DNA of 64,000 bases from Takakia lepidozioides (taxonomy: Eukaryota > Plantae > Bryophyta), in assembly GCA_030704615.1 (NCBI GenBank), contig CM060732.1, positions 20,770,001 through 20,834,000 on the forward strand, in the 5' to 3' direction. Of the stretch, positions 51,256 through 64,000 are shown piece by piece. The translations under genes and the position numbers were made by a program. The notes under the pieces are model-generated. The model worked only from the letters and a program-made list of their open reading frames with translations, did no database searches and was not told where the DNA came from. How positions within the stretch are numbered: position 1 is the first letter of the stretch; each line of letters opens with the position of its first letter.

Positions 51256-51434
51256 GATAAGATAAAGATAAAGATTCTTTAACGTCCAGTGAATTTACTG
51301 AGCCTACTGCTCAACACACAGGCCATCGAGGGCCCAATGGACGGTCTGAAGGCACATGTTGAAGGATTGAACCCAGGAACACCTAGGTTATGCACAGGCA
51401 AGGCACAAACTCCCAACCATTCGGCTACCTGCTC
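51256..51434 (-). mobile_element. tRNA-derived SINE-like element, family B
   Basis: A-box TAGCCGAATGG (51427-51417), B-box GGTTCAATCC (51373-51364) and a (TCTTTA)n-like tail. Single copy in the window. Confidence 0.55.
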
Positions 51435-53006
51435 AAAAAACATACAAGAAGAAAATATCAAAGGGACACCATCATACAGTCAAGGCTGCTCAATTACTAG
51501 CTGCCTCTTATGCAAAACGAGAATGCAACGGAAGGGGAGGGAGAGGGTGAGGCGGAGGTGGGCACAGCCAAGTGAGAGAGCAAGCCCAGCACGCGGGCAG
51601 CCGCCACAGCAGCTGGGCACGTCATGGTGAGCTCTGGAATGTTCTACAGCCATGGAAACGTGGGACTGACTGTGACATCTTGCTTCACCCTCTTGTCGTC
51701 CACGCAGATGCCCCCACACATGTTCTGACGAGGTGGCGTTGCGCTGCTACAAAGTTTCTGGCCCCCACCGCACCGATGACATGGAAAGTGTTTTGGCACC
51801 CAATTTTCGGTGCACCGTGGCAAAGACTGAAGATAGCCCAAATGTCAATCATGCTTCAAACCGTGTCAAAATGGAGGTCAATGCCTGAGGAATTGTATGT
51901 CGGGTTGTACATGCGTGGAAGCTCATCCGAGTTTGTATCTTGTCATTGGATGCTCAAGGATAGGGACTTGGAAGGGAAGACTGTGGAAAGCGAGAGGATT
52001 TGTGTCAAACAAAGGGCAGAGCTCACTGCTCCTAATCTACAGATTACGTACTTGTGTTCCTTGTTATTTCGTTGACACATGTTTGCTTTCGTTCATTTGT
52101 GATCTTTTGTCGGTCGTTCAATGTTTGGTAGATCGTTCGTTCACCAGAGTCTTGCAGAGAGTCCACACACAAGAGTGGGCAAAGAGGAGGGAAAAAAGAT
52201 GGATAAGCCGTGCTGCTCTTTGCATGTCCTCTCTTGCCGTGATGCCTTCCTTCAGTCATCTTTCCGTCATCGACGTCCCTGTTCAGGTTTGTAAGAGTTT
52301 CAACCTCTCAAGGTGGCAGAATTCCTGGGTTTGGTGGCTGGACCCACACTCACACTGCTACAGAGTTGCACCCTAGCTGTATTATGCCGAAGTTCACAAA
52401 GACAGTCACGACACTGTCTTGGTGTTTTTTTCGAATTTATGTATGGGATTTGGGTTGCCAAAAGAGGGAATTCATTGATGTAGGCCTCTCCATCTGATTC
52501 CCATGGTCTGTGCACGACGAATATCGTCCGGACTATGTACCACATTCCACCTGGGCCTCCTGTGGAGTAGTCTTTCTTTCATTGTGCACCAAAAACTTTT
52601 GCGAATTTTTTCTGGTCAGTTCGACACTCGTCAATCTCAGGAGGAACGATTTCTTATACACAAATCATGTCGTCGGAGACGTGAAGATCTAGCTGAAAAA
52701 CTGTCAGCGTACCTTCCCCAGTGTACTCAATGAAAATGCCATCCTATATTATTGGCTCCACTGCTTCTGCTCCGCACCTACAAAGCCCCGACTGGCGACC
52801 GAGAACCACAACTATCTAGTTAAGCTTTCCAAACCGTCCTTATTTTCCCACAGCTCCATCCAAACTAGACCAAGCAAGAGCGAATGAAAACATGCTCTCT
52901 ACACGGTCTAAATTGGGCACGGTGTTGAGGTGAGAGGGGTAAGACCAGCAGTCCGTCTCTCAGGTTCATCCTCCTTCCTCTCTCACGCCCATCCTCCCTT
53001 GTCCAA

Positions 53007-56000
53007 TGGGCACCAGTGTACCCTTAAGACGTTACTCCGAAAAGTGTGGGGTTTGAAAAACCCCCTGGGTTTCCTTTACTGTTCTACTGTGCACCATAAG
53101 CCCTCCGGGTTTCCTGTTACCTAATTTCTGGGTTTTGTTATTTCTCGGCTCACAGTTCTGTTCTCGCCCAAAGCACGAGGGGCACGGTCCTTTCTGCAGG
53201 GCATTTCTACACTGCTTCTTTGCAGCCCCACCAGATGATTCTTTTGCTTTTGCTACGATCCTGCATTTCTGAAGTCTACAGGGAGGGATGTGTGGTGTCT
53301 CCCATAGCACAAAAGTTGCAGAGGCAGCAAATTTTGTTTAGTGTGTTGTGCTTTCAAAAGGAATCATGAGAAATCCAAAATGTCTAATAAATTACAGGCT
53401 CGTGGTCATGCTCCACACAAATAAAAGGGGAATGCTGAACCGCAATGTTGGTGTTTTGTGCATTTTCTTGAACAGGGCCTGCTGCTATTCAAGCATCACA
53501 ATTGAGGAGCCATGTTAGACAACCAATTTCCTCTGGTTGGTTGTCTTCGTTGTGCACCAAAAGGGAACAATTTTACTATCTAGGGAGTTCAAAAGGCTTG
53601 ATACAGATTAATATTGTGAGCAAAGATGGAACAGCAAGGGCCACTGCAGGGGGCAGGGAACTTTCTGATGTGCGTTTGCTAAGCTCTCTCGGCTCTTTGC
53701 ATTGTCGTGATCATATGTTTGGTTTTATTGGCAGTGTCAATTTGGTGGACACATTTATAGCTGGACACATGATTTATTGACAGGTCAGTTTTGGCCAACG
53801 TAGTATCAGTGTTGAAATGTTAGATTTCTTTGTTTGAGCTACTCCACAAGACATGGCTTTCTTCTCGCAACTCTTTGAAGCAGTGTACACTTTTGCTTGG
53901 TTGCATCATCACCCTTGCCAAGTTGAACTTATGGAGCATTGTAGTAGGAAACATCCACAGTGGGGATTGATTAATGGATTTCGTCAATATCTTTGCAGGT
54001 TTTAGGGTTACCAGGCGGCAAGAAAAGGGAATACTCCTTACCAAGCTCAGTGGAGGAGAGTGTTGATCAGGTGTAGCATATCAAAAATTTCCAAACTCCC
54101 ATCGACTACCTGGACATTACTTAGAATGTGTAAATGTACCAAGCCCTTGGTGGTATACGCCCAAAATACAGAGATGAATTTAAATTCGTAGCTGGTTGGC
54201 ATATCTTCTTGATCTCAAGCACTTGTTACTGAGCACAAGTTTGATCAGTTAGTTCTTTAAAAAATGCAGTAGTGTGGTTGTGCTCTTCAATTTTGTTTTA
54301 CTGCACAGTGTCCATTGCTCCATCCTTCGGAAAGTGGGCAAACCCCTACTTATCCTGTGCACACTCTGAAGCACACAGGCAAGACAAGCCAGCCGTCAAG
54401 CAATCAACGATGGAAAGAAGAGGCTTCAGTTGGAGCTGCTTCTACCACTTATTGGAGCTACCGACCTTGATGACTGGCCGGTATGATGGTTATCTTTGTT
54501 GTTACTCTGTATCTGTGACCACAAACATACCAATTCATGGACTAGGGATGCAAAGTAGGTCATTATACTTGGATCTGTAGACCTGAGCAGTGATCTCCCT
54601 GTCCCCACTTTCATCTGCTTGAGCAGACACCAATGGGGAGACCGAGGCAAAGTTTTGCTTCTCTGAGAAGCATCCAGAGCAGAACATGGTGGAATCTGAA
54701 GGTTGGAGCCAATGATTGACTTAAGGACAGCTGGCAGTGGCTGCCTGTGTTGTTTCTGTCAATGTTAGGGTGGGATCCAACAGCAATACAAAGCAGCAGC
54801 ACCTCTGGTGTCATCCTTGCTCCGAGGACTTCTAGAAGGGGATTCTTTCAAGGAGGAAGATGGGGGATGTCACAAGTATATCATTGATTCTAGCGACGCA
54901 GTAGGATGTTGGGAAAGTGAAAAGGTGCGTTGTTACTTGTGCGTTGTGTTTATGTGCTATTTCCAAGGTATACAACTGCCTTCGTCACTTTTGCTCTCAG
55001 GCTTGGGCTTCTTGCAGGGGTTTGTTTAGTTTCCTAGTTCAGATTTCTTTGCTTTTTTATAGCTTCTTGGTCATACACTCTCCGGGACATTGCGTTCTTC
55101 CTTCCTTCCTATCATGCACTTTTCTCTGAGTTGAGGAGAAAACACTGCTAACCAGGGGAGAGGACTTTAGCAAACCATATTGCGCGTAAAAGAAACCTGA
55201 ATGTGAAAGGGGGCAAGAGGCAGAAGCCACAAGAAACCATATCCAGCCTTCAAAACTGGAGACAGCTGCTAAGGGCAAAGAGTATGACAGTTATGACCTG
55301 GCAAGACCAATGCAATATTCGACGAGCTAGTGACAAAGCACCTGAAGGAACTGAGTACCGCCAGCAATTAATAACCAGAGAATTCCGTAACGTAATAGTG
55401 GGAACTAAGGAGAGTGCAATGATAAGATGTGTTGCCGTCCCCATGGTTTTTCCAAAATCTATGAGCAAGCCCACAGACCATCCTCCCTCGGCATCAGGAG
55501 TGCTTGTTGCAATCATCAGCTCAAACCAAATTTTCTTGCCCTGCACACTCTGCAGCACCAGGAAGCATCTGGAAGCATCTGGTAGCCGTGCCAACTGACA
55601 AAATGAATTGTGCATTTGTCTACTCTACACAGGAGGGGTGTGGATCCGGTGTGTACCCTGTATGGTAGAGATGCTAACCAGCCTTATGCAGTCCAAATGA
55701 CAGAGTGTCCCAAATCTCACCAAGATACAACATTCTGTAGACTTCTCCTATGATATTGCTCGTTCAGGTGGAATGTTTGAGCAGCCTTTCTACTTCTTCC
55801 TTCCGTGCAGAAACAACGACCCACATGGCAACTGATCTTTAACCTCCCAATTCAGCTCTTCTTTGATCGAAGGAAGGGAGTGAAGCCCCAGCCATCCCGC
55901 AGCTCCTTTTACCTTGTCCTAGTGGGAAGTCCTCCATGATAAGTTCATTGAAAACCTGGGTTGCAAGATCTCTGACAGGGTTGGTGGGGAAGATGTTGAG

Positions 56001-57287
56001 GGAGACCTGATTTTGCTCCAGGCTTGAGTAGCGACTGGAGCAAGTAGCTTTGAACATGCAGACTCATGAGTAGTTATCTTCTAGTGTAACTATAGAAAGT
56101 CCATCCTGTCATAGTGTCTGTTCAAGTTCTACATAATCTGTAATGGATGCTTCAAGGCTGTCTGCACAGGTCACTACAGCCTGCAGGATCATGTTTTGTC
56201 AATTTGAACTTCCTTAGTCAATGTAATTGAAAAGAGAGTCTTTTAGTAATGTGGAGGTTCGTCTGAACTTGGGGTGGCAGATTGCTTTGGTTCTATTTCC
56301 AACACCAGAGACCCTAGACAGAGTTGAGGCTCTTGCAGCCGTGGACGGCCGTCCTTTGCTGTTGGTTAATTCCCAATGGCAGCCTGGACAGGTGAACTGC
56401 TAACCTTGTTCCTGATGCTTGTGGTAGTGGTACATATACTTTGGAAATGTGTGACTGTCTACTGGTCCTCTGTGGTGCTGGGACTTCTGCATTCAACAAG
56501 AGAGACAGGGGTGGACAGGTGGTATCAGACTTTGGATTTGGAGCGCGCAGGAAAGCACGGGAGGGTCTTGTAAACAGTTTTGAGATGGTGTACTATCTGA
56601 AACGCATGCGCATGCTAGGAGAAGATGTTCGTATTTTACGGCGTTATCCTGGCGACTGGCAGGTACCTCCATCCTCAAAGCAATTTTCCGTTTTCAATGG
56701 CTCATGCTTACCTTTGGAAAGTACATGACCTCTCTCATGAAGAGACATCACTGTGATAGACATGGATATTCCCCTATATCGCCCTCTCTCCTATTCTACC
56801 GTGTCCCGTAGGACGGCTGGGCCTCCTAAGAACTTATTAATTGTTTCATTTCTCTTCTTCATAAGGCACCAGATCTTTGTACAGGGATTTAGGCCTGCTT
56901 TCCTAAGGCTACTTTTTTGGTTCGTCATGCGTATACAGGGGATTTGGTATATAAGTTCCTATTTGTTGTGTTTGGCGGGTCTAATTTGGAACACTGGCAG
57001 ACAACAGCATGAAAATGTCCAAAGGCTCATGTCTTAGTAGTGCATATGTTGTCTCGAATGCTTCAATCTTCACTATTTATCTAGATACAGCTGCTTTCTG
57101 TCTGCAGGTTTTTGTAATGGATGCTTTGGGAAACAGTGAGTGCGTGGCAGTTGAAGGCCAGCCACCGTCATACAAACAGCTTCAGCAGATCCTCAAGAGC
57201 AGAAAAGGATCAAAGGCAGGGCTAGGCTGGTTTGACCGGCTCCTTGGAGAGCTGAAATTCAACCAGGAGTCACTGAAAAGCGACTGA
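53007..57287 (+). CDS. DUF1995-family (LPA3-related) probably plastid protein, multi-exon; 5' exons and start uncertain
   Basis: Spliced reading: LPSSVEESVDQ|ARQASRQAINDGKKRLQLELLLPLIGATDLDDWP|GGIQQQYKAAAPLV…WESEK|IALVLFPTPETL…RPLLLVNSQWQPGQ|VVSDFGFG…FEMVYYLK…ILRRYPGDWQ|VFV…PPSYKQL. Confidence 0.8.
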
Positions 57288-57871
57288 CATAGAAGTAGGT
57301 TAGCTTACTCGCAATTATGTCGGCTCATCATAAAACTAATTCTAACCCATAGAGCATCAAGGCAGAATGATTCCCCTTTGTCACCCTGTACTTTCTGTAC
57401 CAATGCATGGTGATGTATTTCATATAAACGGGCACTCTTTGAGTGCTTCAATTTATTGGTTCTCTTGTAGAGAGACTTTGCATCATGTTGAAGTCATGGA
57501 ATGTGGTCAAAGGACCTTACACCGTGTCAAGGCTCCTATTGGTGTGTTGTGCTGAGTCACGCCCCTTACTCTCACCTTCCTCTTATGTTTTGCCAAAGCA
57601 AGAGAGCCCATCGCCGTTTTAGGCTTGTTTGTTTGACAGGAAATGTAAGAAAAGCAATGTAACCAGAGAAAGTTCATGTCCCATAATCAGGTGGTTAGCT
57701 GTGTGATAATTGTGAGTGTATTGCCAGACATCACAAAAAAATGATGTACTGTGTCACCTTCGATGACACATATCTCTTTCACCTTACTCTTTGATTTACA
57801 ATATAGTGTGACAAATTCATGAGCTTTCTGCACTCATGTTTCCAAGGTTTCAAGGGCTCATATTCTTGTTT

Positions 57872-59542
57872 TCACCAGTAATCCCCACAAGAACAAGCCC
57901 CGTCTTGGAAGTGATGGAAGCGGTTGGCATCACGTAGAACAACTGCTCGCCCAACAATCTTTGAGATAAACTTGGTGGCGGTGTGACAGTCACCGCACAC
58001 CCGAAGGTTCTTAATGACACAGATAGGCACCCCGGGGGGTGTGCTGATGAGCCCAAAAGCAATGGCCAGCTTCTCACTGTGGTAGCAAAGGGAAAATTCT
58101 TTTTGCTCCTCCTCCAAATCACGCAGTACAAAGCGAGTGTCCGGCACATAGCCAGCCTCCTTCATCTGCCCAGACAGTCTCTGCAGCTCAGCATGGATTT
58201 CCTGAATCTGTGGATGAGTTTGGTCTGCTACAGCAAATGTGTGTAGCCTGTTGTTGACCTCAATGTAGCTGAGCCCTGCCTCCTTTTTGACACCTCTGGA
58301 CTCCATCAGTTTCCTCACCTTTGCTTGATCATCCCACCTGCCAGCTGAAGCATAGATGTTCGATAGCATCACGTAAGCTGCAGAGTGATTTGGATCACTC
58401 TGGAGGACACCTTTTGCTGCACGTTCTGCTACCTCCACATCCCCATGTACTCTGCAGGCACCAAGCAAGGCCCTCCATACTCCAGCACCTGGTTTGATGG
58501 GCATTCTGCTGATGAAATCCTCTGCTTTGTCCAATCGCCCTGCACGGCCTAGAAGCCCCACCATGCAGCCAAAGTGCTCCATTATTGGAGTGAGGCCATG
58601 ATCACGTCCCATACAATTGAAGTAGTGCCTGCCTTCATCCAGTAGGCCCACATGGCTACAGGCAGACAGAAGAGATATAAAGGTGATACAGTTTGGTTTC
58701 AAACCTTCCTTCTGCATTTGTTCAAATAGTTGCAGGGACTCCCTGGCAAACCCATGCTGAGCATATCCTGCGATCATTGCACTCCATGAGACCACATTTC
58801 GTTCAGCCATATTGTCAAATACTTGATGTGCATCCATCATGCTCCCACATTTTGCATACATATCAACAAGGGCAGTCTCGAGAATGTTATCTTGCACAAT
58901 TCCACTTATGCTAATGTCAGCATGAACCTGTTTGCCCTTTGCCAGGGCTTGTAAGCTGGCGCAAACATTGATGATGCAGGTGAGCGTGACCCTGTCAGGC
59001 GACACTCCTTCCCTTTGCATTTGCTCATACATCTTGAAAGCCTCCTTACCACACCCATGTTGTTTAGCTACATTGGCCAACACCTGTGCATGCTTGGCAT
59101 ATGCAGTTATCATTATATTCCACGTAAATAGAGTTCGTTCAGGCATTTTGTCAAACACTCCACGTGCATCCTCCATGCTCCCGCACTTTGCATACATGTT
59201 GATAAGGGTGTTAAGAAGAAAAACGTTTGGCTTGAATCCCCTTTGGATCATGTGTTTGTGCACCTGCATACCCTCTTCTAGGCCTTTCATTTTGATGCAC
59301 TCATGCAAAAGACAAACATAAGTATGGGAGTCTGCCTGACTGCCTTGTTCATTCAAAAATTGCAGCGCCTTTTTCAGTCGTCCTGACTTACATAGTGTCC
59401 TCACATCCCCAAAAGGGCCAGAACCTTTCCTGTCAAATCCCACTCCCTGTTGTCTTCTAAAAGCAGTGGTGATGGTAGAGGTGTTATTCCTGCTGACAGT
59501 CTGATGTCCAACAAGCAACTGTGCCCGATCCAATGCTGCCAT
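57872..59542 (-). CDS. Intronless PLS-class PPR protein with E1-E2-DYW deaminase (organellar C-to-U editing factor)
   Basis: L1-S1-P1-L1-S1-P2-L2-S2-E1-E2 motifs, HSEKLA, CGDCH and terminal DYW. The first ATG is at 59542 (the ORF track starts at an upstream GTG). Confidence 0.95.
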   Translation of the reverse strand: MAALDRAQLLVGHQTVSRNNTSTITTAFRRQQGVGFDRKGSGPFGDVRTLCKSGRLKKALQFLNEQGSQADSHTYVCLLHECIKMKGLEEGMQVHKHMIQRGFKPNVFLLNTLINMYAKCGSMEDARGVFDKMPERTLFTWNIMITAYAKHAQVLANVAKQHGCGKEAFKMYEQMQREGVSPDRVTLTCIINVCASLQALAKGKQVHADISISGIVQDNILETALVDMYAKCGSMMDAHQVFDNMAERNVVSWSAMIAGYAQHGFARESLQLFEQMQKEGLKPNCITFISLLSACSHVGLLDEGRHYFNCMGRDHGLTPIMEHFGCMVGLLGRAGRLDKAEDFISRMPIKPGAGVWRALLGACRVHGDVEVAERAAKGVLQSDPNHSAAYVMLSNIYASAGRWDDQAKVRKLMESRGVKKEAGLSYIEVNNRLHTFAVADQTHPQIQEIHAELQRLSGQMKEAGYVPDTRFVLRDLEEEQKEFSLCYHSEKLAIAFGLISTPPGVPICVIKNLRVCGDCHTATKFISKIVGRAVVLRDANRFHHFQDGACSCGDYW

Positions 59543-59982
59543 TCTGCATGACACAAACTCTCAATTACAATCCAAAACACCCAATTTCACATAATATTTC
59601 AAACCTCTTATATGCTTCAAAGAAAGATCTCTTCACGAGGCAGACTTCTTGGTAAGCACATTAAGAAGGTTACAAACCTACCATAGTCATCTACTTTGAG
59701 AATATACAGTACCAGTTCTATCTGTTTGAGTTGAACCCTTGAATCATCGTCAAAAGAAACTTACAAATCTCTCACCTTCCTCTATTCCATCTCTCTCACA
59801 CAAACAGCCAGATTGTCATCCCTTGCTGTCACACTTGTGTTGCTAACCAGCTAGACTCCTGCAAAATCAGCTGTGAGTAACTATGGCCACTTCACAAAGA
59901 GACTGCAGAGGAAAAGGCATTGGAGATGGAGAGATAGAGATGGAGAAGACTAAGTGGCAGACTTGTCCATGGAGGAAAATAC

Positions 59983-61664
59983 TCAACAAACCTCTTGGTT
60001 ACTGAGAGACCTTCTCCACTTGTCAAACAGGGATGAGTCTGAAACAGCATTGACCGAGACCAGTGAGCTCTCACGAAACACAGCAGATGCAGATGACACA
60101 ATCTGCAGTCTTGCTGCTACCAGCAGCCCTGTGAGTAGAGCCCCTCCTAAAACACTGGCCAGTGCTGCTACCCACAAAGACTCAGCAAACTGCAACAGGT
60201 CACGTGGGGAACAGAAGGACAAAGACAGTCATCATTTCAGTTTGATTGAATGTTTGCCTTCATGCTCCACCAAGTGCCACATACACATGCCATTCGCATG
60301 TAAGTATCTCCATACTAATACTATTGAGCCCAAGCCTTGATTTGATGTTGCTTGGATGGCCATGGAAGATTAGTATAACAAACATCAAGGAGCCTAACAG
60401 GCATTACCACAGCCTCAAAAGCCCTGGCAACAGCACTTCCGATTGATGTACTCTTCCTTGCCCCTATGGTCCTTGCCCTCTCAACAACTGCGTGTGTGGG
60501 TGCAAGCTGGATGGAAATTAGCAACAACAATATTTCAATTCCATCTCCTTGCACATTCAGTCCCAAAAATGCCTTCCTTACTGCTGACCTAAGCAATAAG
60601 TTGTATAGAATAAGTTGATACTTAACTTACCCAAATGTCGAAGTTTCCATTAATACCTGGAAGTACTAATCACCACATCCCTCATCTTCTGCAACCCAAA
60701 AGCGAGTGAAACCTAATCCCAGATTCCATTAAACCCTAAACCCTGTACTGCATGAGAAAATGACACGAGCAGAAATGCAGCAAAGGAGGATGGAACTCAC
60801 AAGCTGCGTTGATATACTGCTATGGCAAGCGGAGCGGTCTGGAATAAGAGTCTCTATGGTCACGAGTGCTTGGCCCTTAGCAAGCTCTTCGGAGGCAGTA
60901 TGGCCACCATCTGCAGCCATGGCGGCAATCGCCTGCCATGGAAGAGCATCCCCATTCACCTCTAACGTGCATAAATCATTCCTGTATGCCCTGATCGTTG
61001 GATATGCCTTTGATCTCTCCAGTAATTCTCCCTTCTCCCTTTCAGTGGTGTAGTTCCTCCTGTTCCCGACATTATTCTTCCATTTACTCGCCTGACTGTC
61101 ACCACTGTCAATTTTACTGTTGTCCTCATATTGTCCATGTCTCTCCTTTTCAGTGGCTCCGCTCGATGGCTGAGCTCGAGCCTGAAAGCAGCAGCATTGC
61201 CGCCTACCAGTGAATTTTGTGTGGCGAAACAAATTTGTCACAGTTGAGTGTATTCTAGGAAGGTCTATTAGGTGATGTCCGATTGCCACTCCTCTCGAGA
61301 ATGTGGAATTGCATCTAGTTTGAGCACATGTGTGTCCTTCCCCCGTACAATTCCCAGAGCATGGATGTAAACTACACAAAGAGTCTTTTCTACAACCACG
61401 TTCAGAAAACAACACGGACTGTAAAAGAAGTCCACAGTGAAGCCTTTGGGCCCTTACTAAACCATCTTGGCCAATACTCCCAATACGCCGTCGACATAAA
61501 CTGCACTTTTGTTGTAACCTTTGATGTTGCTGAGATGCAGTAACACAAGGTGCTATACCAGTGGCTGAGAACTGCAGGGATTCTTGTGGATACGTCACAT
61601 GCATTTGCCTCTGAATCAATTCCCCTGAGGAGGAGCAACCAAGGGTCTGAACACAGAATTGCAT
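59983..61664 (-). CDS. Unidentified conserved-looking plant protein (tentatively ANU10-like), apparently C-terminally short
   Basis: Long first coding exon with a transit-peptide-like region, then YPTIRAYRNDLCTLEVNG…AMAADGG…TIETLIP…ISTQL|gt. Further candidate exons at ~60506-60335 and 60189-59983. The family assignment is from memory and weak. Confidence 0.5.
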
Positions 61665-62669
61665 CTCTCCCAAAGGGGAATTCAAGCTCGGGTCTTGTGG
61701 TAACTTCCTCTAGTACCAACCCGTAGGTAAACTTACTCTGGCGAGAGAAACTCTGCTTCACAAAAGCCAGGCATGCACAAACATTCCAGTTATCAGCAGA
61801 AACTACAGAGAGCCCTGCAAAGTTAACTGCGCAGGGTGGGATTCCAAAGTAAAAGTTGACAAGGGCAAACTAACAGGTCCGAGAGACATGTATGGAGTGA
61901 CATGTGAAAACAGAGAGAGCCCATCTTGTTGAAAAGCTCATGAAACTAAAAACACAGAAGCAGAAGGGAAATCACTCATTGAAAGGCAGATATAAACCTC
62001 AGTCTTTTTTGCCTTGAAGCCGCACAGTCTACCCATACAGAGGCCACCTCCTCTACCCCCGGCGGTGACGTCATGTTAGTTGTAGAAGATAGATGAGTAT
62101 AGGAAGGTCTTGGTATGCGGGTACTTCTGTTTCCAGGACTTGAAGCCTACTGACAATGTTTGTCCCAACCGCATGGCAGAGAGAGGGGGGAGAGAGCAGG
62201 TGAGAGAGAGAGTTTGGAAGGTTTGCACTAATTAATCATGTGTCCTTCCAAATATGGCCTACATTGGGGCATACTGTTATTAGGATCTCAGTATTCTTCT
62301 GTAGAAGAGGTTTTTGCACAGCTGCAATTCTATAAATTTATCTTTCTCACTAGTGTGGTTCAGTTTTTAGGAGTTGAGGCAGGTGTTCATTGTCTGATTT
62401 TCTGTGGCTATTGTGTAAAAGTTTCTACAGGCAGAAGGATTGTGTTTCCTTGCACCCACTGTCAGCCAATGAAGTAGTGGGGTAAGGGGATTTCCAGGGA
62501 CCAGCTCTGGTCACCATGGCCACTACTGGGAAGAGCGGCATAAAGGTGTGTTTTTCTCTGGCCATGTGTAAATTTGCTGTCATGTGCCTGGTCATATTGA
62601 TGAAATCCTGTAAGACTTTATTTACAACATGTACAATGGTGAACGTACATAGGATGAGAAGAAAACAAA

Positions 62670-62760
62670 AAGCTATAGTAAGCTACTCAGCTAGAGAAGA
62701 AAACAAAAGCTATAGTAAGCTACTCAACCGACGAAATCAGAAGCTATAGTAAGCTACTCA
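62670..62760. repeat. Three copies of a 20-bp motif
   Basis: AAGCTATAGTAAGCTACTCA at 62670, 62707 and 62741. Confidence 0.85.
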
Positions 62761-64000
62761 AGCAGAGCCACCCTCCCAGCCAACAGCCATATTCCTCTGA
62801 AACTCGATTAACTTTCTCTTGGGGTATCCCTTTCACACCACACTTCCATATGTTTACTCACAGTTCGTGAGTCAGATGAGATTTATCTGCAAAGTTTGAT
62901 GGATTTTGAACAACCAGAGAGTAGTGTTAACACACTATCACCATGCACAGGCAGCACCTACATGCTGGTGCAGAGTTATGCATAGATATTCCAAGTTCAC
63001 TGCACATATGCTTGACAGATCTAGAACAAGAAGATTTAGGAGAACGCCAGAGCATCATGGTTCAGCATGCAAGCTCATGTGTTTTTCCTATCCCAAGTGC
63101 CCTGTACAACTACATAAGAGATGTCACATTTCACAATTACTGTAAAGTTCAGCACCTGTAATGGCTTAGCACCTAATCACTCCTCGCCTGAAATAGCACA
63201 ATGAGGAGAAAATGGCAGTTGAAAAGTCCCATGTCAACTTTACTTATGGAGCCTCACTTAAAAGAGAACTTTTGTTCATTCCCAAGGATTGAAAAAGTAC
63301 AACCTGCAATCTGGCTGGTGAAAAATCACCTTCGACTATGATGGTATCAATTATCAACCTGTTGCAGGGTGGTCTTGGTGGTTCGCTGTTCCGGGTTTCG
63401 CGAAATTCATACAGTGCAAGCTCGCCTCTACCACAGGTCAATTTGGTGTCTGTCTTTTGAAGAGAGCACTGAAGATTCTCCCATTTCATTCCTCCGGTAT
63501 AAGAAAGAAAATTTGTTCAACAATGTCTCTGTACAAGTCTTACCTGACAAGTCTAGCCTAACAATGGTGCAAACGAATTACACCAGATTTGGTAGTGGGG
63601 TGTGCTGGTGACCGAAGTCCCTCAATTTCCTTTTATGGTTAAGATGAAGACCCTTGCCTTTGATGCTGCTTTCGCACACGTAACCACTGATATAGTGAGG
63701 CAAAGGTGTGACAAGTACAATTCTAAACATCCTCAACCAAGCAATTGGGATTGAACTGTCACAACTTCAATCAGTTGAAGAGGCGTAAAGCTTGACCCTG
63801 ATGCTTAGATATAGCCTCCATAGAATTTTCCTTCAAGTGGGTGATTTGATGACAGATCTGCATGCTCAAGGAAAAGCAAGCACCCAGTGTTTCATGGCCC
63901 AACCCCGAGCAACAAGAGCTCCTCGGTTCTGTGGATCCACTCTGAACGGGCTTTTTAGGTCTGCAAGACCAGTCAACATCATGTTTCTAAGGGGAGCCTT

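Noticed and set aside
49735-52750. Short ORFs suggesting a decayed TE or gene
   Set aside because: No recognisable motif or consistent splice model; needs tBLASTx.
54925-56280. Nested gene in the 1.36-kb DUF1995 intron
   Set aside because: The short ORFs on both strands have no identifiable domain.
57872-58290. U-to-C (DYW:KP) editing deaminase
   Set aside because: It has HSEKLA, CGDCH and terminal DYW and lacks the KPAxA and HAE signatures, so it fits the ordinary C-to-U type.
62670-62760. Repeat-spacer pattern (20-bp repeat x3)
   Set aside because: Spacers are only 17 and 14 nt and partly duplicate the flank (GAGAAGAAAACAAAA), which points to local slippage.
62780-64000. Exon-like pieces at the window end
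   Set aside because: No coherent reading frame or known motif could be assembled.

Overview
Gene-dense nuclear DNA from a land plant, most likely a non-seed plant such as a hornwort, moss or lycophyte. That placement is inferred from spliceosomal introns, a PLS-DYW RNA-editing PPR gene, and Tcn1-like and PHD-bearing Ty3/gypsy elements. Positions 5166-18101 are a nested transposon stack. A ~0.65 kb non-autonomous hAT element (15-bp TIRs, 8-bp TSD) is split by a plant L1 LINE. The LINE is split by a self-priming Tf1/Tcn1-type Ty3/gypsy element on the minus strand (618-bp LTR, -1 frameshift signal). That element is abutted by a second gypsy fragment whose integrase ends in a PHD finger, and an internal deletion fused LINE ORF1 in frame to that dead integrase. 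Host genes are an A1 aspartic protease, tRNA-Asp(GTC), CSTF64, a full-size ABCG/PDR transporter, a DUF1995 protein, an intronless PPR-DYW gene and two unidentified spliced genes. Also present are a degenerate proline iminopeptidase gene preceded by an OSB-type PDF ssDNA-binding motif, a 4x53-bp palindrome-rich tandem array, two tRNA-derived SINE families and a second decayed LINE. All calls come from manual reading; no database searches were run.
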